Positions 36,101 to 49,199 of a stretch of DNA of 64,000 nt are shown in pieces (the first letter of the stretch is position 1; each line of letters opens with the position of its first letter). Origin of the DNA: Heterodontus francisci (taxonomy: Eukaryota); contig NC_090379.1 of NCBI RefSeq assembly GCF_036365525.1, positions 27,395,790 to 27,459,789 of the forward strand. Reading direction: 5' to 3'. The translations under genes and the position numbers were made by a program. Below the pieces are notes generated by a model, which did no database searches, was not told the DNA's origin, and worked only from the letters and a program-made list of their open reading frames with translations.

Positions 36101-39100
36101 GTGTGTGGAGTCGGAGGGCATAGGTGAGGTTTTGAATGATTACTTTTCGTCTGTGTTCACTATGGAGAGGGGTGATGTAGGTGTAGTGATCGGGGAGGGG
36201 GATTGTGATATATTTGATCAATTAGCGTTGAAAATGAGGAAGTATTATCTTTATTAGCGGGCTTAAATGTGGATAAATCCCCACGCCCAGATGAGATGTA
36301 TCCCAGGCTGTTATGTGAGGCAAGGGAGGAGATAGCAGGGGCTCTGATGCAAATTTTCAAATCCTCTCTGGCCACAGAAGAGGTACCAGAAGACAGCGAA
36401 TGTGGTACCATTATTCAAGAAGAGTAGCAGGGATAAACCTGGTAATTATAGGCCTGTGAGTCTAACATCAATGGTAGGGAAATTATTGGAAAAAATTCTG
36501 AGGGACAGGATTAATCTCCACTTGGAGAGGCAGGGATTAATCAGGGATAGTCAGCATAGCTTTGTTGGGGGAGATCATGTCTAATAAATTTGATTGAATT
36601 TTTCGAGGAGATGATTAGATGTGTAGATGAGGGTAAAGCAGTTGATGTGTTCTACATGGACTTCAGTAAGGCTTTTGATAAGGTCCCGCATGGGAAATTG
36701 GTTAAGAAGGTAAGAGCCCATGGGATCCAGGGTAATTTGGTAAATTGGATCCAAAATTGGCTTAGTGGCAGGAGGCAGAGGGTAATGGTGGATGGTGGTT
36801 TTTGCGTATGGAGGACTGTGAACAGTGGGGTACCACAGGGATCGGTGCTGGGACCCTTACTGTTTGTAATGTACATTAATGATTTAGACATGAATATAGT
36901 AGGTATGATCAGTAAGTTCGCAGATGATACGAAAATTAGTGGTGTTGTAAATAGTGAGGAGAAAAGCCTTAGATGACAGGACGATATAGATGGGCAGAGC
37001 AGTGTCAGATGGAGTTTAATCCTGAAGTGTGAAATGATGCATTTTGGGAGGGCTAACAAGGCAAGGGAATATACAATGGATGGTAGGACCCTAGGAAGTA
37101 CAGTGGGTCAGAGGGACCTTGGGGTGCTTGTCCATAGATCACTGAAGGCAGCAGTACAGATTGATAAGGTGGTTAGGAAGGCATATGGGATACTTGCCTT
37201 TATTAGCATAGGCATAGAACATAAGAGCAGGGAGGTTATATTAGAGCTGTATAAAACGCTAGTTAGGCCACAGCTGAAGTACTGTGTACAGTTCTGGTCA
37301 CCGCATTATAGGAGGGATGTGATTACACTGGAGAGGGTGCAGAGGAGATTCAGCAGGATGTTGCCTGGGCTGGAGCATTTCAGCTATGAAATGAGACTGG
37401 ATAGGCTGGGGTTATTTTCCTTGGAGCGGAGAAGGCTGAGGGGGGACCTGATTGAGGTATACAAAGTTATGAGAGGCATTGATAGGAAGGAACTTTTTCC
37501 CTTCGCGGAGGGGTCACTAACTAGGGGGCATAGATTTAGGGTAAGGGGCAGGAGGTTTAGAGGGGAGTTGAGGAAAAATCTTTTCATCCAGAGGGTGGCT
37601 AGAATCTGGAACACACTGCCTGGAGGGGTGGTAGAGGCAGGAACTGTCACAACATTTAAGAAGTATTTAGATGAGCACTTGAAACATCATAGCATACAAG
37701 GCTACGGGCCAAGTGCTGGAAAATGGTATTAGATTGTATGGGTGCTTGATGGTCAGCACGGGTGCATTGGACCGAAGGGCCTGTTTGTGTGCTGTAAATT
37801 TCTATGACTCTAAGAGCATTTATTAAGGTGGAGGTTTCAGAAAAAATTAGGAGAGCTTTGAGGTATTGGATCAGGCCATCAGAAAAGAATTTTGATATCA
37901 GGATATTGTGTATTACAAAAGAGAAAGGCAGAAAGAATGGAGAGGCCCAGGCAAAATTATAGGCACTGATGGCAAAACGGTGATTTTGCAACATGGCAAC
38001 CAAACAGTTCGAGTATATTCCTCGTGACTTATTGGCACTGATTATACATTGATAGTCTGAACAAATGATGGACATTGACGATGCACCATGTACTTCGCAT
38101 GCACATATGTCGGATCTTTGCGAGCAACAGATTGTGGCAGATAATGGGCTGACTGAGAGGGGACCAAGTGATCTTGAAGATCCAGATAAGGCCATTTGTC
38201 CCAAAGGTCAACTGCTGAAAATTGAGACTAGTGACATATATGCCAGAAGAGAGTATTAAATGGAGGGAAGCCACCATTATAGGAAGGGCAGGAAAGGCCA
38301 CCGGGAAATACAAACATTGACTGTGCAAGATAAGGGAAGGATATCAGACTTATAGATTGGCAGAAGGAAGTGAAAATGTGGAAGGCCAGAAAACACAGTA
38401 TTAGTTCAGACAGTGGGCCTCAAGATGATCATAGTCCAAGGAAAAGGAAAAACTTGTGAAAGGAAGTCTGGTTGAAGGAGGGACAGGTTGAGTAGTAGTA
38501 GTCCAGAAAGGGATAGGAAATCTAGTAGGGGACGTGGTTTCACTCTAGCAAGGACCAGAGAGCAGGCGAGGAGCACCATAACAAGTAGGAGCCCTTATGA
38601 TAGAGAAGCTGTAGTGGCTACTAACAAGTTAGATGGTAAGTTGATAAAGGATGCCAAGCAAAAAGAGCTTGACCGTTGGAGAGAGTTTGGCAAAATAGAG
38701 GGAGGTGCCAGATAGAGGACAACCAGCATTGTCCCATGGATGGATCTGTACAGAGAAAGTACTTCCCGATGGTACGTATAAACTGAAGGGCCTTCAGACT
38801 TGTAGCTCGGGGATTTGAGGAATGACTAGGCGACCAGGAAGTTAGAGTGGACTCCCCAACAGCAAGAAAAGCAAGTTTGTGGATTTTCTTAGCCCTTTTA
38901 GTGACCCAGTCATGGGAATGTAAGTCCATTGACATCAAAGCAGCATTTTTGCAAGGGGAGAAATTTCAAAGAGAAGTATTTTTAAAGCCACCCAAAAGAA
39001 GCTGGAGATATAGAAGGGAAATTATGGAAGCTAAACAAGTGTTTATGGGCTACATGATGCATCCAGTGTGTGGTATTTTTCAGTTAGGTCCATCCTGCTA

Positions 39101-40563
39101 AAAGCTGGTTGTATTTGACTAAAGGTGGATCTGGCAATGTTTTTTGGTACTATGAAGAAAAGCTAGCAGGCATTTTCTTGATGCATGTGGACGATTTTCT
39201 GTGTGGAGGATCTGAGGCATTTGAGAAATTTGTGGTAGATAAAGTTCTGCAGGAATTTAAAATTGGAAGTTAGGCTTCCGGAGCTTTTAAATATATAGGG
39301 TTAAATATTAGGCAGACTAAGTTGGGGGTGGGGGGGTAACCCTAAATCAACAGTCTTACCTAGAGAATGTTAGTAGGATCCCAATAAGTCGGGCCAGATC
39401 CTCACAACAGGCAGTCTCCAACCAAGGAAGAAGTAGACCAGTTAAGGAGCTCAATTGGGCAGTTGAATTGGTTGTGCACACAAACTAGGCCGGATGCTTG
39501 CTATGATGTATTAGAATTGAGCACCATGATGAAACATGCTACTGTTGGGCAAGTGCTGAAAGCAAATAAGACATTGAAGAGATTGAGTTTTGATAAATGT
39601 ACACTCATGTTTCCAGCATTGGGTGACCCAGAAAAGATGAAATTGGCCATTTTTAGTGACTCCTCACATGCTAATCTTCCCGATGGTTATTCAAGCACAG
39701 CAGGGTTCATTATATTTTTGGTGGGAAGAAATGATAAATGTTGTCCATTAGCCTGGGAATCGAGGAAAATAAAGAGGATAGTTAAAAGCGCCTTAGCTGC
39801 TGAGACACTTGCACTGATAGAAGCGATAGATATGGGTATGTATTTATCGAGTATTTTAAAGTAACTCATGTATAAGAGGCAATTGGATAAGAGTTTTCCT
39901 ATAGAATGCTACATAGATAACTATTCTCTCTGGTACAATGTCCATTCAACAAAGTGTCACAGGAAAAAGGTTGAGGATTGATCTCACGAGTATAAAAGAA
40001 ATGTTGAAAAGAAAAGAAATTTCCAAAATAAAATGGGTTGACACAAGTCATCAGTTGTCGGATTGTTTTACTTAGAGAGGTGCTTGTTCGAAAAAATTGT
40101 TGGATGTCCTCGAAGAGGGCCGTCTTGTGTTATGATACATTAGGAAAACGTGGAAATTTTTTTTACAATAAGATTGCTTTTTCTTTAAACAAGTTTTTTA
40201 AAGGGGGGAATATATGGCATGTTAATGGCTGGTGCTGTTGAAAGTTGATGATTGATAATGTAAAGAAAAATGTGTCATTATTTTTTATTTATTTTTCATG
40301 TGTATTTAATTTAAAGAAAAAGGGGGAATCTGTTGGGGTCTGAAGTTCTGTTAATGGATGATAAGTACCCGGTAGTTCAAGATAACATGTGATGGGTGTT
40401 AACTAGTTCATTGTATTCAAGTGTGTATATATAAAGAGCCAGCCAACACTGGCTGGTGTTTGGAGAGCAGAAGGAAGCTCTGTGACTAGCAATAAACAAT
40501 CTACACTAAAGCATCTTAGTGTCAGTGTCTTCTACACAAACAGGTTTGGAGATTTCTCCAACA
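33172..40563 (+). mobile_element. Decayed Ty1/copia LTR retrotransposon, GalEa-like
   Basis: LTRs 33172-33422 and 40331-40563 (TG...CA); TSD TATTG/TATTA; PBS TGGTAGCAGAGGATGGTT (33424-33441, tRNA-iMet); PPT at ~40313-40328. Gag knuckle CFRCDSKYHYALHC, protease VVDSGC, integrase before RT, DIKAAFLQG, HVDDF, RNase H FSDSS...SALAAE. Many stops and frameshifts. Confidence 0.93.
35721..37812 (+). mobile_element. 5'-truncated CR1 inserted in the copia integrase
   Basis: RT motifs NYRPVSL, YMDFSKAFD, KFADDTK; TCTATGAC tail; TSD AGAGCA at 35715-35720 and 37813-37818. Confidence 0.93.
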
Positions 40564-41339
40564 TATTATTTTACATTTTGTAATAAACTTTACTGGTTTC
40601 AATCAGGGTAAAAAGAATCAATTTTGTTTGTTTTGCCACATTTAATATTTTTGTTTGAGATTTTAGTATAATTGCTTTTATTAATTGGTATCAAATGTGT
40701 TTTAAAAAATACTGATGAAATAAATTGAAAAGCTAGTTTCTGATTTACACCATGAGTGGCAACGTGAAAGTGATAAAATAATGTATTACTGTGCTTCGCT
40801 TGTTTTTGGTAGGGGCAGTTGCTGCTATACAGTGAGTGCTTTGTACAAATATTAGTCAATAAATGTCAGTTGGGTAAGAGGCTGGCGACAAATCTAGTAC
40901 ATGGTGGTTTTGCTAGGTAGTTTTTTTTTGCAGTGAGGCATAATGCAAAACGACAAACTTACAGTAATAAATTTCTATAATTTTGCTACTTTTTATTTAC
41001 TTTCATATCAGATGAAGCTTTTGCCATCTGTTGAAATCAAGAATGGTGTCATCACATTAACAGTATGTAGCTGAGAGATTTTAAACCATAGGTAATCGAT
41101 TCCCTCTGTATATCATCACAGGATATACCATATATTCAAAGTTTTGTCGATAGTGCAGCATTTCTGTGTGTTGCATGTACTTCCTGTAATATTTCATTTC
41201 TGTCCCACCTGCCCAGCACACTTTGCAGCATATTACAACTGACCAGGCAGGAAATGTACAAATCAAATGCGAGTGAAGCTGGTAGAAAAACTTAGAATGA
41301 GAAATAACTGAGAACATATGAACCTAAAGAACCAAGCAC

Positions 41340-41515
41340 TTTTTTATTTATTCATGGATGTGGGCATTGCTGGCCATGCCAGCATTTATTGCCCATCCCT
41401 AATTGCCCTTGAGAAGGTGGTGGTGAGCTGCCTTCTTGAACTGCTGCAGTCCATGTGGGGTAGGTACACCCACAGTGCTGTTAGGAAGGGAGTTCCTGGA
41501 TTTTGATCCAGCAAC
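41340..41515 (-). mobile_element. 3' fragment of the tRNA-headed LINE family
   Basis: Reverse complement of about 14775-14945. Confidence 0.85.
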
Positions 41516-41886
41516 ATGACCAGTCTGCAAAAGCTACCAGTGAAAGAAAAGACAAAGAAAATTGTATCATTTGCACCCTGACCTTGAATTTGCTTCAATT
41601 GAAAATTTACCAGTAAATGGGGAAAAATAAGAAACACAAAAAATTAAATAATCCTGAATAAAGTCATTATCCATTATCACAGAGGTGCTGGTACCTTGTT
41701 ATAAATCACAGGGAAACATTTTCTTGGAGAAGCCTATTCCTGTGTCATGGGGCTTGAGTTTAATTTGGATCACTGCATTGGAACTTGACTTATTGGGTTG
41801 GCTTTTCTGACTTTTTTTTCCATAATGGCTTTGAATTCTTACTGATTAGCTGTTGTCCATCTCAGCCATTCTCGCCTTTCTTCAGT

Positions 41887-42754
41887 TGTTACGACTGATG
41901 GCTCCTGTCAAAGCCCCCAATCAAAATATATGATTCTGATTGTGGTGGGACCAATAGTTAATTCAATCCCATCGTTCCACAGATCGGCTAACATATCATT
42001 TAAAACTTTCCAAATTAAAGAGACTCAACCAAATTGTACCATCTATTAACCCCTGAATAAGGCTAACCAAACTAGGTGTCTTTAAATCAATAAATTAACT
42101 CTTTAATTAGAAGAACTACATTCTTAAACACTATGAAGATATAAACAACATTTAAAATAGAAAAAATTAGATTCCTTGCAAATTTACAGTCCAATGTTGC
42201 TCTAAGTCCCCACAGAATGTTGCTTTCCTTCTACAGCGACTTTCAACAATTAACGACTTGCAGACACTTTCTACAGTATCAATCCAACTTTAGAGTTTTT
42301 GAGGGATAAAAGATTGTTACCGTCTAACTTCCCTTTCTTAAATTTAAATTACCAGAGATCTCTGTTTTGGCTTGATGCTTTAGAATTTTGAGAGAGAATG
42401 ATTAAATGGACTAAATTGCTCTTCCTTCAGTTTAAATGGTTGAGAGCTCTTTGACAGACAGACACAGACAGCTGTGATGAAAGTGTGTTCTGTTAGGACA
42501 AACTGTCTCACTAAAAGCCAGTTCAAACTGAATTAAAACAAATGTAATCGCATCAGGCTCACTCCCAGTGGCTGTTTCCTTGGCACTGAGAATGCACCCT
42601 TTGAATCGCAGTCTCCAAATGGCTGTTTCTGAGGCAACGAAAATGCATCTTCCTCTAACTCCTAAGGCTTGCCGGCTCTTAAAGCAATACTGATCCCTTG
42701 CAAGCCTTAAAGGCAAACTGCATACTCTGAGAAAGAAACTACAGGACCATGACA
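41887..42754. mobile_element. Solo LTR
   Basis: Termini TGTTACG...CATGACA, flanked by the 4-bp TSD CAGT (41883-41886 and 42755-42758). Confidence 0.8.
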
Positions 42755-43068
42755 CAGTATATATACACAATGCAAATGACAGATTCCTTCTTTTGAGTCT
42801 AATGAACATTTAAAGAGCAGGTCAGGACTTTCAGACTAGTGTAGAAGCCAGGAACCTTGTGAAGTAACTGATTTATTTCTTTCTAATATCTACAAAACAG
42901 CATAAACCACAAACTTATGGCCTATTTCTGAAGTAAATTGTAAGATACTCTACTTGTGTATACATACATATTTGGATTAGAATTTAGTTTAATCTCATGA
43001 TTCAAGTTTTTGGTTTCTTGTACAAATGAAACAGTTAGAAATAGTTGTCAGAGTGCTTTAGGGTTTGA

Positions 43069-43283
43069 AATAAAAACAAAGTGTTGGAAATACACAGCAG
43101 GTCAGGCAGCATCTGTGGAGAGAGAAGCAGAGTTAACGTTTCAAGTCTGATCTGAACTGATGAAAGGTCACAGACCTGAAACATTAATTCTGCTTCTCTT
43201 TCCACCGATACTGCCTGACCTGCTGCGTATTTCCAGCACTTTCTGTTTTTATTTCAGATTTCCAGCATCTGCAGTATTTGCTA
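43069..43283. mobile_element. Palindromic Penelope-type terminal repeat insertion with a degenerate hammerhead
   Basis: Inverted arms of ~75 bp; CTGATGA-AAGGTC-ACA-GACCT-GAAAC at 43157-43182; 10-bp TSD TAGGGTTTGA. Confidence 0.75.
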
Positions 43284-43614
43284 TAGGGTTTGATTTGTTA
43301 TAGGGTACAATTTTAGCTGACACTGTGTTGTAATTGAAGCTCTCGGATATAAGATTCATGTTTATTGGCTTGTTTTCATGCTCCTACACAATGTTACCCC
43401 AATGGCTACAGTACGGTTGGTGGAAGGCTGCTGACATTTACTGGGGGAGATGGTAGATCGCTTTGCACGAGGCCTTCAAGCAGCTCTGAGTCTTGTGGCC
43501 CCAGCCTCAGACTGCATCACCTCAGCATGGGTGGCAGCAATTTGGCCTGGCTGGCTGATAGGCAATAGCAAGGGCAGTGGTGGACTGGCAGTCGTGGGAG
43601 GACGAATGCTGTTC

Positions 43615-46600
43615 AATTGAAGGGAAGTTTAAAAGGTCGAATAGTAACGAGAGAACAGAGGTGCATGGGTAGTGACGGAGCATGCATTAATCAGAGTGAC
43701 AGGAAAGGACAGAGAGTACAAGCACAAGAGTACAGCAGAAATTAGAACCAGAGTAGGTAAAAATGGTAAAAAGTCAAAGCTTAAGGCTCTTTATCTGAAT
43801 GCACATAGCATTTGTAACAAGATAGATGAGCTGACGGCACAGGTAGAAATAAATGAATATGATCTGAAAGCTATCACTGCGACGTGGTTGCAGGATGACC
43901 AAGACCGGAATCTAAATGTTCAAGGATATTCAACATTCCAGAAGAATAGGCAGAAAGGAAAAGGAGGTGGGGTAGCTTTGCTATTAAAGGAACGGATCAG
44001 TGCAGTTGTGAGTAATGATATAGGTGTAATAGATCGTGATGTAGAATCCGTTTGGGTGGAAATAAGGAATAGCAAGGGAAAGAAATCACGGGTGGGAATG
44101 GTTTATAGGCCCCCGAAGAGTAGCCTCTCTAGGACAAGATATAAATCAGGAAATAATGGAGGCGTGTAAGAAAGGCACTTCAATTATCATGGGTGATTTT
44201 AATCTGCATACAGACTGGACAAATAAAATTGGCAAGAGTAGCATGGAAGACAAATTTGTAGAGTGCCTCAGGGATTGTTACTTAGAGCAATATGTTGCAG
44301 AACCTACCCGGGAACAGGCTATTTTAGATTTGGTATTGTGTAATGAGGTAGGACTAATAAGAATTCTCCTAGTTAAGGATCCTTTCGGGGGAAGTGATCA
44401 TAACATGGTTGAATTTCAAATTCAGTTTGAGGGTGAGCAACTCTGGTCTCAAACCAGTGTCTTCACCTTAAACAAGGGCAATTACAGAGGTATGAAGAAA
44501 GAGTTGTCTAAAGCGGACTGGGAAAATAGACTACAGGGGAAGTCGGTGGATGAGCAGTGGCAGACTTTTAAGCAGATATTTCATAACACTCAGCAAACAT
44601 TTATTCCAGTCAGAAGGAAGGACTAGAAGAGAACGATGAACCATCTGCGGATAACAAAAGAAGTTAGAGAGTATCAAATCAAAAGCAAAGGCGTACAATC
44701 TAGTGAAAACGAGTGGTAGGCCAGAGGATTGGGAATTTTTTAGAAACCAGCAGCAGATGACTAAAAAACTAACAGAGGGAGAAAATTGATTGATTGAGAG
44801 TAAATTGGCAAGAAATATAAAAACAAACAGTAAGAGCTTCTATGGGTATATTAAAAGGAAGAGAGTAGCTATAAGTGTGGGACCCTTAGAGGATGAGGAT
44901 GGGGAATTAATATCAGGGAACAGGAAAATGGCAGATAATTTAAACCAATATTCTGCATCAGTCTTCACAGTAGAGGACACTATAAACATCCCAACAATAA
45001 CAGATGAGCAAGGTGTTAATGGGAGGAAGGAACTTGTAACAATCACTATCATGAGGGAAAAGGTGCTGGACAAACTGGGGCTAAAGGCAGACAAGTCGCC
45101 AGGACCTGATGGCCTGCACCCAAGGGTTTTAAAAGAAGTGGCTGCAGAGATAGTGGAGGCATTGGTCGTAATATACCAAAACTCACTTGATTCCGGTAGG
45201 GTACCAGCGAATTGGAAAACCGCTAATGTGACACCCCTATTCAAGAAAGGAGGGAGGCAGAAAGCAGGAAACTATAGACTAGTTAGCTTAACATAAGTCA
45301 GTGGGAAAATGCTTGAGTCGATTATTAAGGAAGAAATAGGAGGACATTTAGAAAAACATAATGCAAACAAACAGAGTCAACATGGTTTTACAAAAGGGAA
45401 ATCATGTTTGTCAAATTTGTTAGAGTTCTTTGAGGATATAACAAGCAGAGTGGATAAAGGTGAACCAGTAGATGTAGTGTATTTGGAATTTCAGAAGGCG
45501 TTTGATAAGGTGCCACATAATAGGTTATTGCACAAAATAGGAGCTCAGGGTATTGGGGGTAATGTGTTGACATGGATTGAGGATTGGCTAACACACAGAA
45601 GACAGAGAGTCGGGATCAATGGGTCTTTTTCAGGTTGGAAAGCCGTAACTAGTGGGGTGCCACAACGATCGGTCCTAGGGCTTCAACTATTTACTATCTA
45701 CATTAATGACTTAGAGGAAGGGACAGAGTGTAGTGTATCCAAATTTGCTGGCGATACAAAAATAAGTGGGAAGGTATGTAGTGATGAGGACACAAAAAAT
45801 CTGCAAAGGGATATAGATAGGTTAAGTGAATGGGCAAAAACTTGGCAGATGGTGTTCAATGTGGGAAAGTGTGAGGTCATCCACTTTGGTAGGAAGAGTA
45901 AAAAGGCAGATTATTATTTCGATGGTGAAAGATTACAAAATACTGTAGTACAGAGGGATCTGGGTGTTCTTGTGCAGGAAACACAAGGTTCGCATGCAGG
46001 TGCAGCAAGTAATTAGGAAGGCAAATGGAATTTTGGCCTTTATTGCTAGGGGGTTAGTGTTTAAAAATAGAGAAGTCCTGTTACAACTGCACAGGGTGTT
46101 GGTGAGGCCACACCTGGAGTATTGCGTACAGTTTTGGTCCCTGTATTTAAAGAAGGATATACTAGCATTGGAGGCAGTTCAGAAAAGGTTCACTAGTCTG
46201 ATTCCTGGGATGAAGGGACTCTCTTATCAAGAACGGCTAAACCAGTTAGGCCTTTATTCATTGGAGTTTAGAAGAATGAGAGGTGATCTTAGAGACATAA
46301 GATTTTAAGGGGGCTCAACAGGGTAGGTGTTGAGAAGATGTTTCCACTAGTGGGGGAATCTTGAACTAGGGGACATAATTACAGAATAAGAGGGCACACA
46401 TTTAAAACTGAGATGCGAAGGAATTTCGTCTGAGGGTGGTGAATCTCTGGAATTCTCTGCCTCAGAGTTGTGGAGGCTAGGTCACTAAATGTATTTAAGG
46501 AGGAGGTAGATAGATTTTTGAAATCTCGGAGTCGAGGGTTAGGCAGAGCAGGCCCGAAAGAGTTGAGGCCTGGGACAGATCAACCATGATCTTGCTGAAT

Positions 46601-46661
46601 GGTGGGGCAGGCTTGAGGGGCTGAATGGCCTACTCCTGCTCCTAGTTCTTATGTTATGTTC
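43615..46661 (+). mobile_element. CR1 LINE, near-complete decayed ORF2
   Basis: LKALYLNAHSI, IMGDFN, GSDHNMV, QHGFTKGKSC, KFAGDTK; (TTATG)n tail; frameshifts. Confidence 0.95.
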
Positions 46662-47619
46662 TGAGAGGGAATAATGGGTTTGTGCTCCACAAAGCCACTG
46701 CCACTCCCCTGGGACAGTGCCTCAGCAATGCTAGTAATCTGTTGGAGGACAGATTGGACTGCTGCCAGATCCTGCAAGCACCTTTGAGCACTGGTATGCA
46801 CTGCCATGATGGTCACAGTCTGAGATTGCATGGCAACAAGCTGCATTTACATGACTTCACCCTGTACTCCCACTGCAGCACTCTGACATTGGGTGGCTTC
46901 TATTTGTGCTGCAGTAGAAGCTGATACATTGGACGCTATATCATTGTTGGGTCTGCAAGTGCTGTCATTGAGATGACCACCACTTCCATGCTGAAAACAA
47001 TGAGCTCCAAATGCTGCGTAAAGCCCTGCACCAAGCTGGTATCAGTCTCCTCCATGTTCCTTGGCAATGACTGCAGGCTTTCTGCAGAACTGCCAAGCTG
47101 TCTGTGCACTAATCGTTTCATTGTGCATGCCCATCAGCCTTTTCCTGTAAGCCGCCCCATCAAAATCCTAATCTGAGTCCTCTGAAACAGAATTTGCTTG
47201 CAACCTCACCCTCTGGGGAGCGCACACCCACGCTACTCTTTCTTCTGTCCTTGCTGAAGACCATTCGTACCCTCTGACTCACCGTATGAAGATTCCACCT
47301 CTGTGCTACCCTCTAAAGAATGTGCAGTGCCAGTATCTGAGCTGGTGGCTGTGACTGCCAGATCAAGTGAAAGTTTATCATTGTCATCAATCATCAGTCT
47401 CTTCTTCCTCTTCTACTCTATGCTTCTGCACCATTACTTTGCCAAGTGACAGATCTTTGGTATCTGAAGAGAAAAGCAGGGAGGGAAGGGGGAAAAGCAA
47501 AAGGTGCATGAGTATACCATCTGCAGCTAGAAAATCAGATGAGATTGCAGGCTGACGGGGAAGTGTGATGTGAGCATGTGGATTTGGGTGGAACACACCA
47601 TTTTTATTTTCATTTATTT

Positions 47620-47908
47620 TAATTTTATTTAGAGAAACAGGCCCTTCGGCCCACCGAGTCTGTGCCGACCAACAACCACCCATTTATACTAAGCCTACAG
47701 TAATCCCATATTCCCTATCACCTCCCTACACTAGGGAGAATTTACAATGGCCAATTTACCTATCACCTGCACGTCTTTTGGATGTGGGAGGAAACCAGAG
47801 CACCCGGCGAAAACTCACGCAGACCTTGCAAACTCCACACAGGCAGTACCCAGAATCAAACCAGGGTCCCTGATACTGTGAGGCTGCGGTGCTAGCCACT
47901 GAGCCACC
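47620..47908 (-). mobile_element. V-SINE (HE1-like)
   Basis: Reverse complement of 56997-57335, including the V-domain. Confidence 0.85.
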
Positions 47909-47932
47909 CAGAAACAAGCTTAGTGCTCACAA

Positions 47933-48268
47933 GTCAGAGTCATACAGCACTGAAACAGGCCCTTCGGCCCACTGAGTCTGTGCCGACCATCAACCACCCA
48001 TTTATATTAATCCTACATTAATCCCATATTCCCTACCACATCCTCGCCTTCCCTCAATTCTCCTACCACCTGCCTACACTAGGGGAAAGTTACAATGGCC
48101 AATTTACCCATCAACCTGCAAGTCTTTGGCTGTGGGAGGAAACCGGAGCACCCGCCGGAAACCCACGCGGTCACAGGGAGAACGTGCAAACTCCGCACAG
48201 GCAGGACCCAGAATTGAACCCGGGTTGCTGGAGCTGTGAGGCTGCGGTGCTAACCACTGTGCCGCCCT
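47933..48268 (-). mobile_element. V-SINE (HE1-like)
   Basis: tRNA head GGGCGGCACAGTGGTTAGCACCGCAGCC, V-domain GTGGGTTTCC..GGGTGCTCCGGTTTCCTCCCAC, CR1-like tail. Confidence 0.9.
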
Positions 48269-48274
48269 ATAATC

Positions 48275-48565
48275 TAGTCATTCCATGGTCACTCTGATTA
48301 ATACTGGCTTTTTAATTCCATAATTTTTATTTGACTGAATTTAAATTCCCCAGCTGCTATGCTGAGAGTTGAACCCTTGTCTCAAGATCATTAGTGCAGG
48401 CCGCTGGATCGCTAGTCCAGTAACATAACCACCATGCTACCATATGCACACTTAAATTCAAATTTCACTATCTGCTATGGTGAGATTTGAACCCATGTCC
48501 CCAGAACATTGGTCTGGGCCTCTGGATTACTAGTCCAATGACATTACCACTAAGCCACCTCCCCC
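48275..48565 (-). mobile_element. Two tandem tRNA-head fragments of the LINE/SINE family
   Basis: Both match the reverse complement of 10552-10710. Confidence 0.75.
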
Positions 48566-49199
48566 TGTAATCTCCTCACCATAATGCCTCTGTGAAGTGC
48601 CTTTGGATGATTTATTACATAAAAGGTGCTAGATAAGTAAGTTGTGTTGAAGCACCATATTCACTCTTCCTGCTGAGAATTTCTTCCCCAGCCACTTCCA
48701 ACACCTGCTCCAGTCAGAATGCACCTCTCCTTAAGAGGTGCTGGCTTGCTTTAATTAATGCTAGCCTCGCATGAACTTAGGCCCCCTGCTGAGGCTTGCA
48801 GCCATTCAATAGTGCATTTCGCGCTAGGCTGCATGCTACTCGCAACTCCTCAGATACTGAAGCAGTCCGTGTCCATATGTAGCAAGACCTGGACAAAATT
48901 CAGGCTTAGGTTGATAAGTGGCAAGTAACATACACACCACACAAGTGCCAGGCTATGATTGTGAACGATTGCTATCCTGACGTCACACAGCCCAACTGGC
49001 CAATGGAATGTCAGGATACCAATTTTGGATCCCACAGGTCCAAACACATATTCCCTTGTCACTCTGTCAACAACAAATGTGAAGCTGCAGGATGGGCCTT
49101 TCAATAGCGTTCCTAAAAGGGCCAGGCATCCAAATTGCAGGTAAGGTAATTTTTAAGATTTTCTGATATTGTTAAGTGGCTCGCAGTACTCTGGAGTAT

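Larger units (their letters stand above)
43385..48845 (-). mobile_element. Decayed Harbinger-like element (Myb/SANT accessory gene remnant) interrupted by CR1 and SINEs
   Basis: Pieces 43385-43614, 46662-47600 and 48655-48845. The first two join across the CR1 at TGTTC. Similar in character to 49200-50762. Confidence 0.5.
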
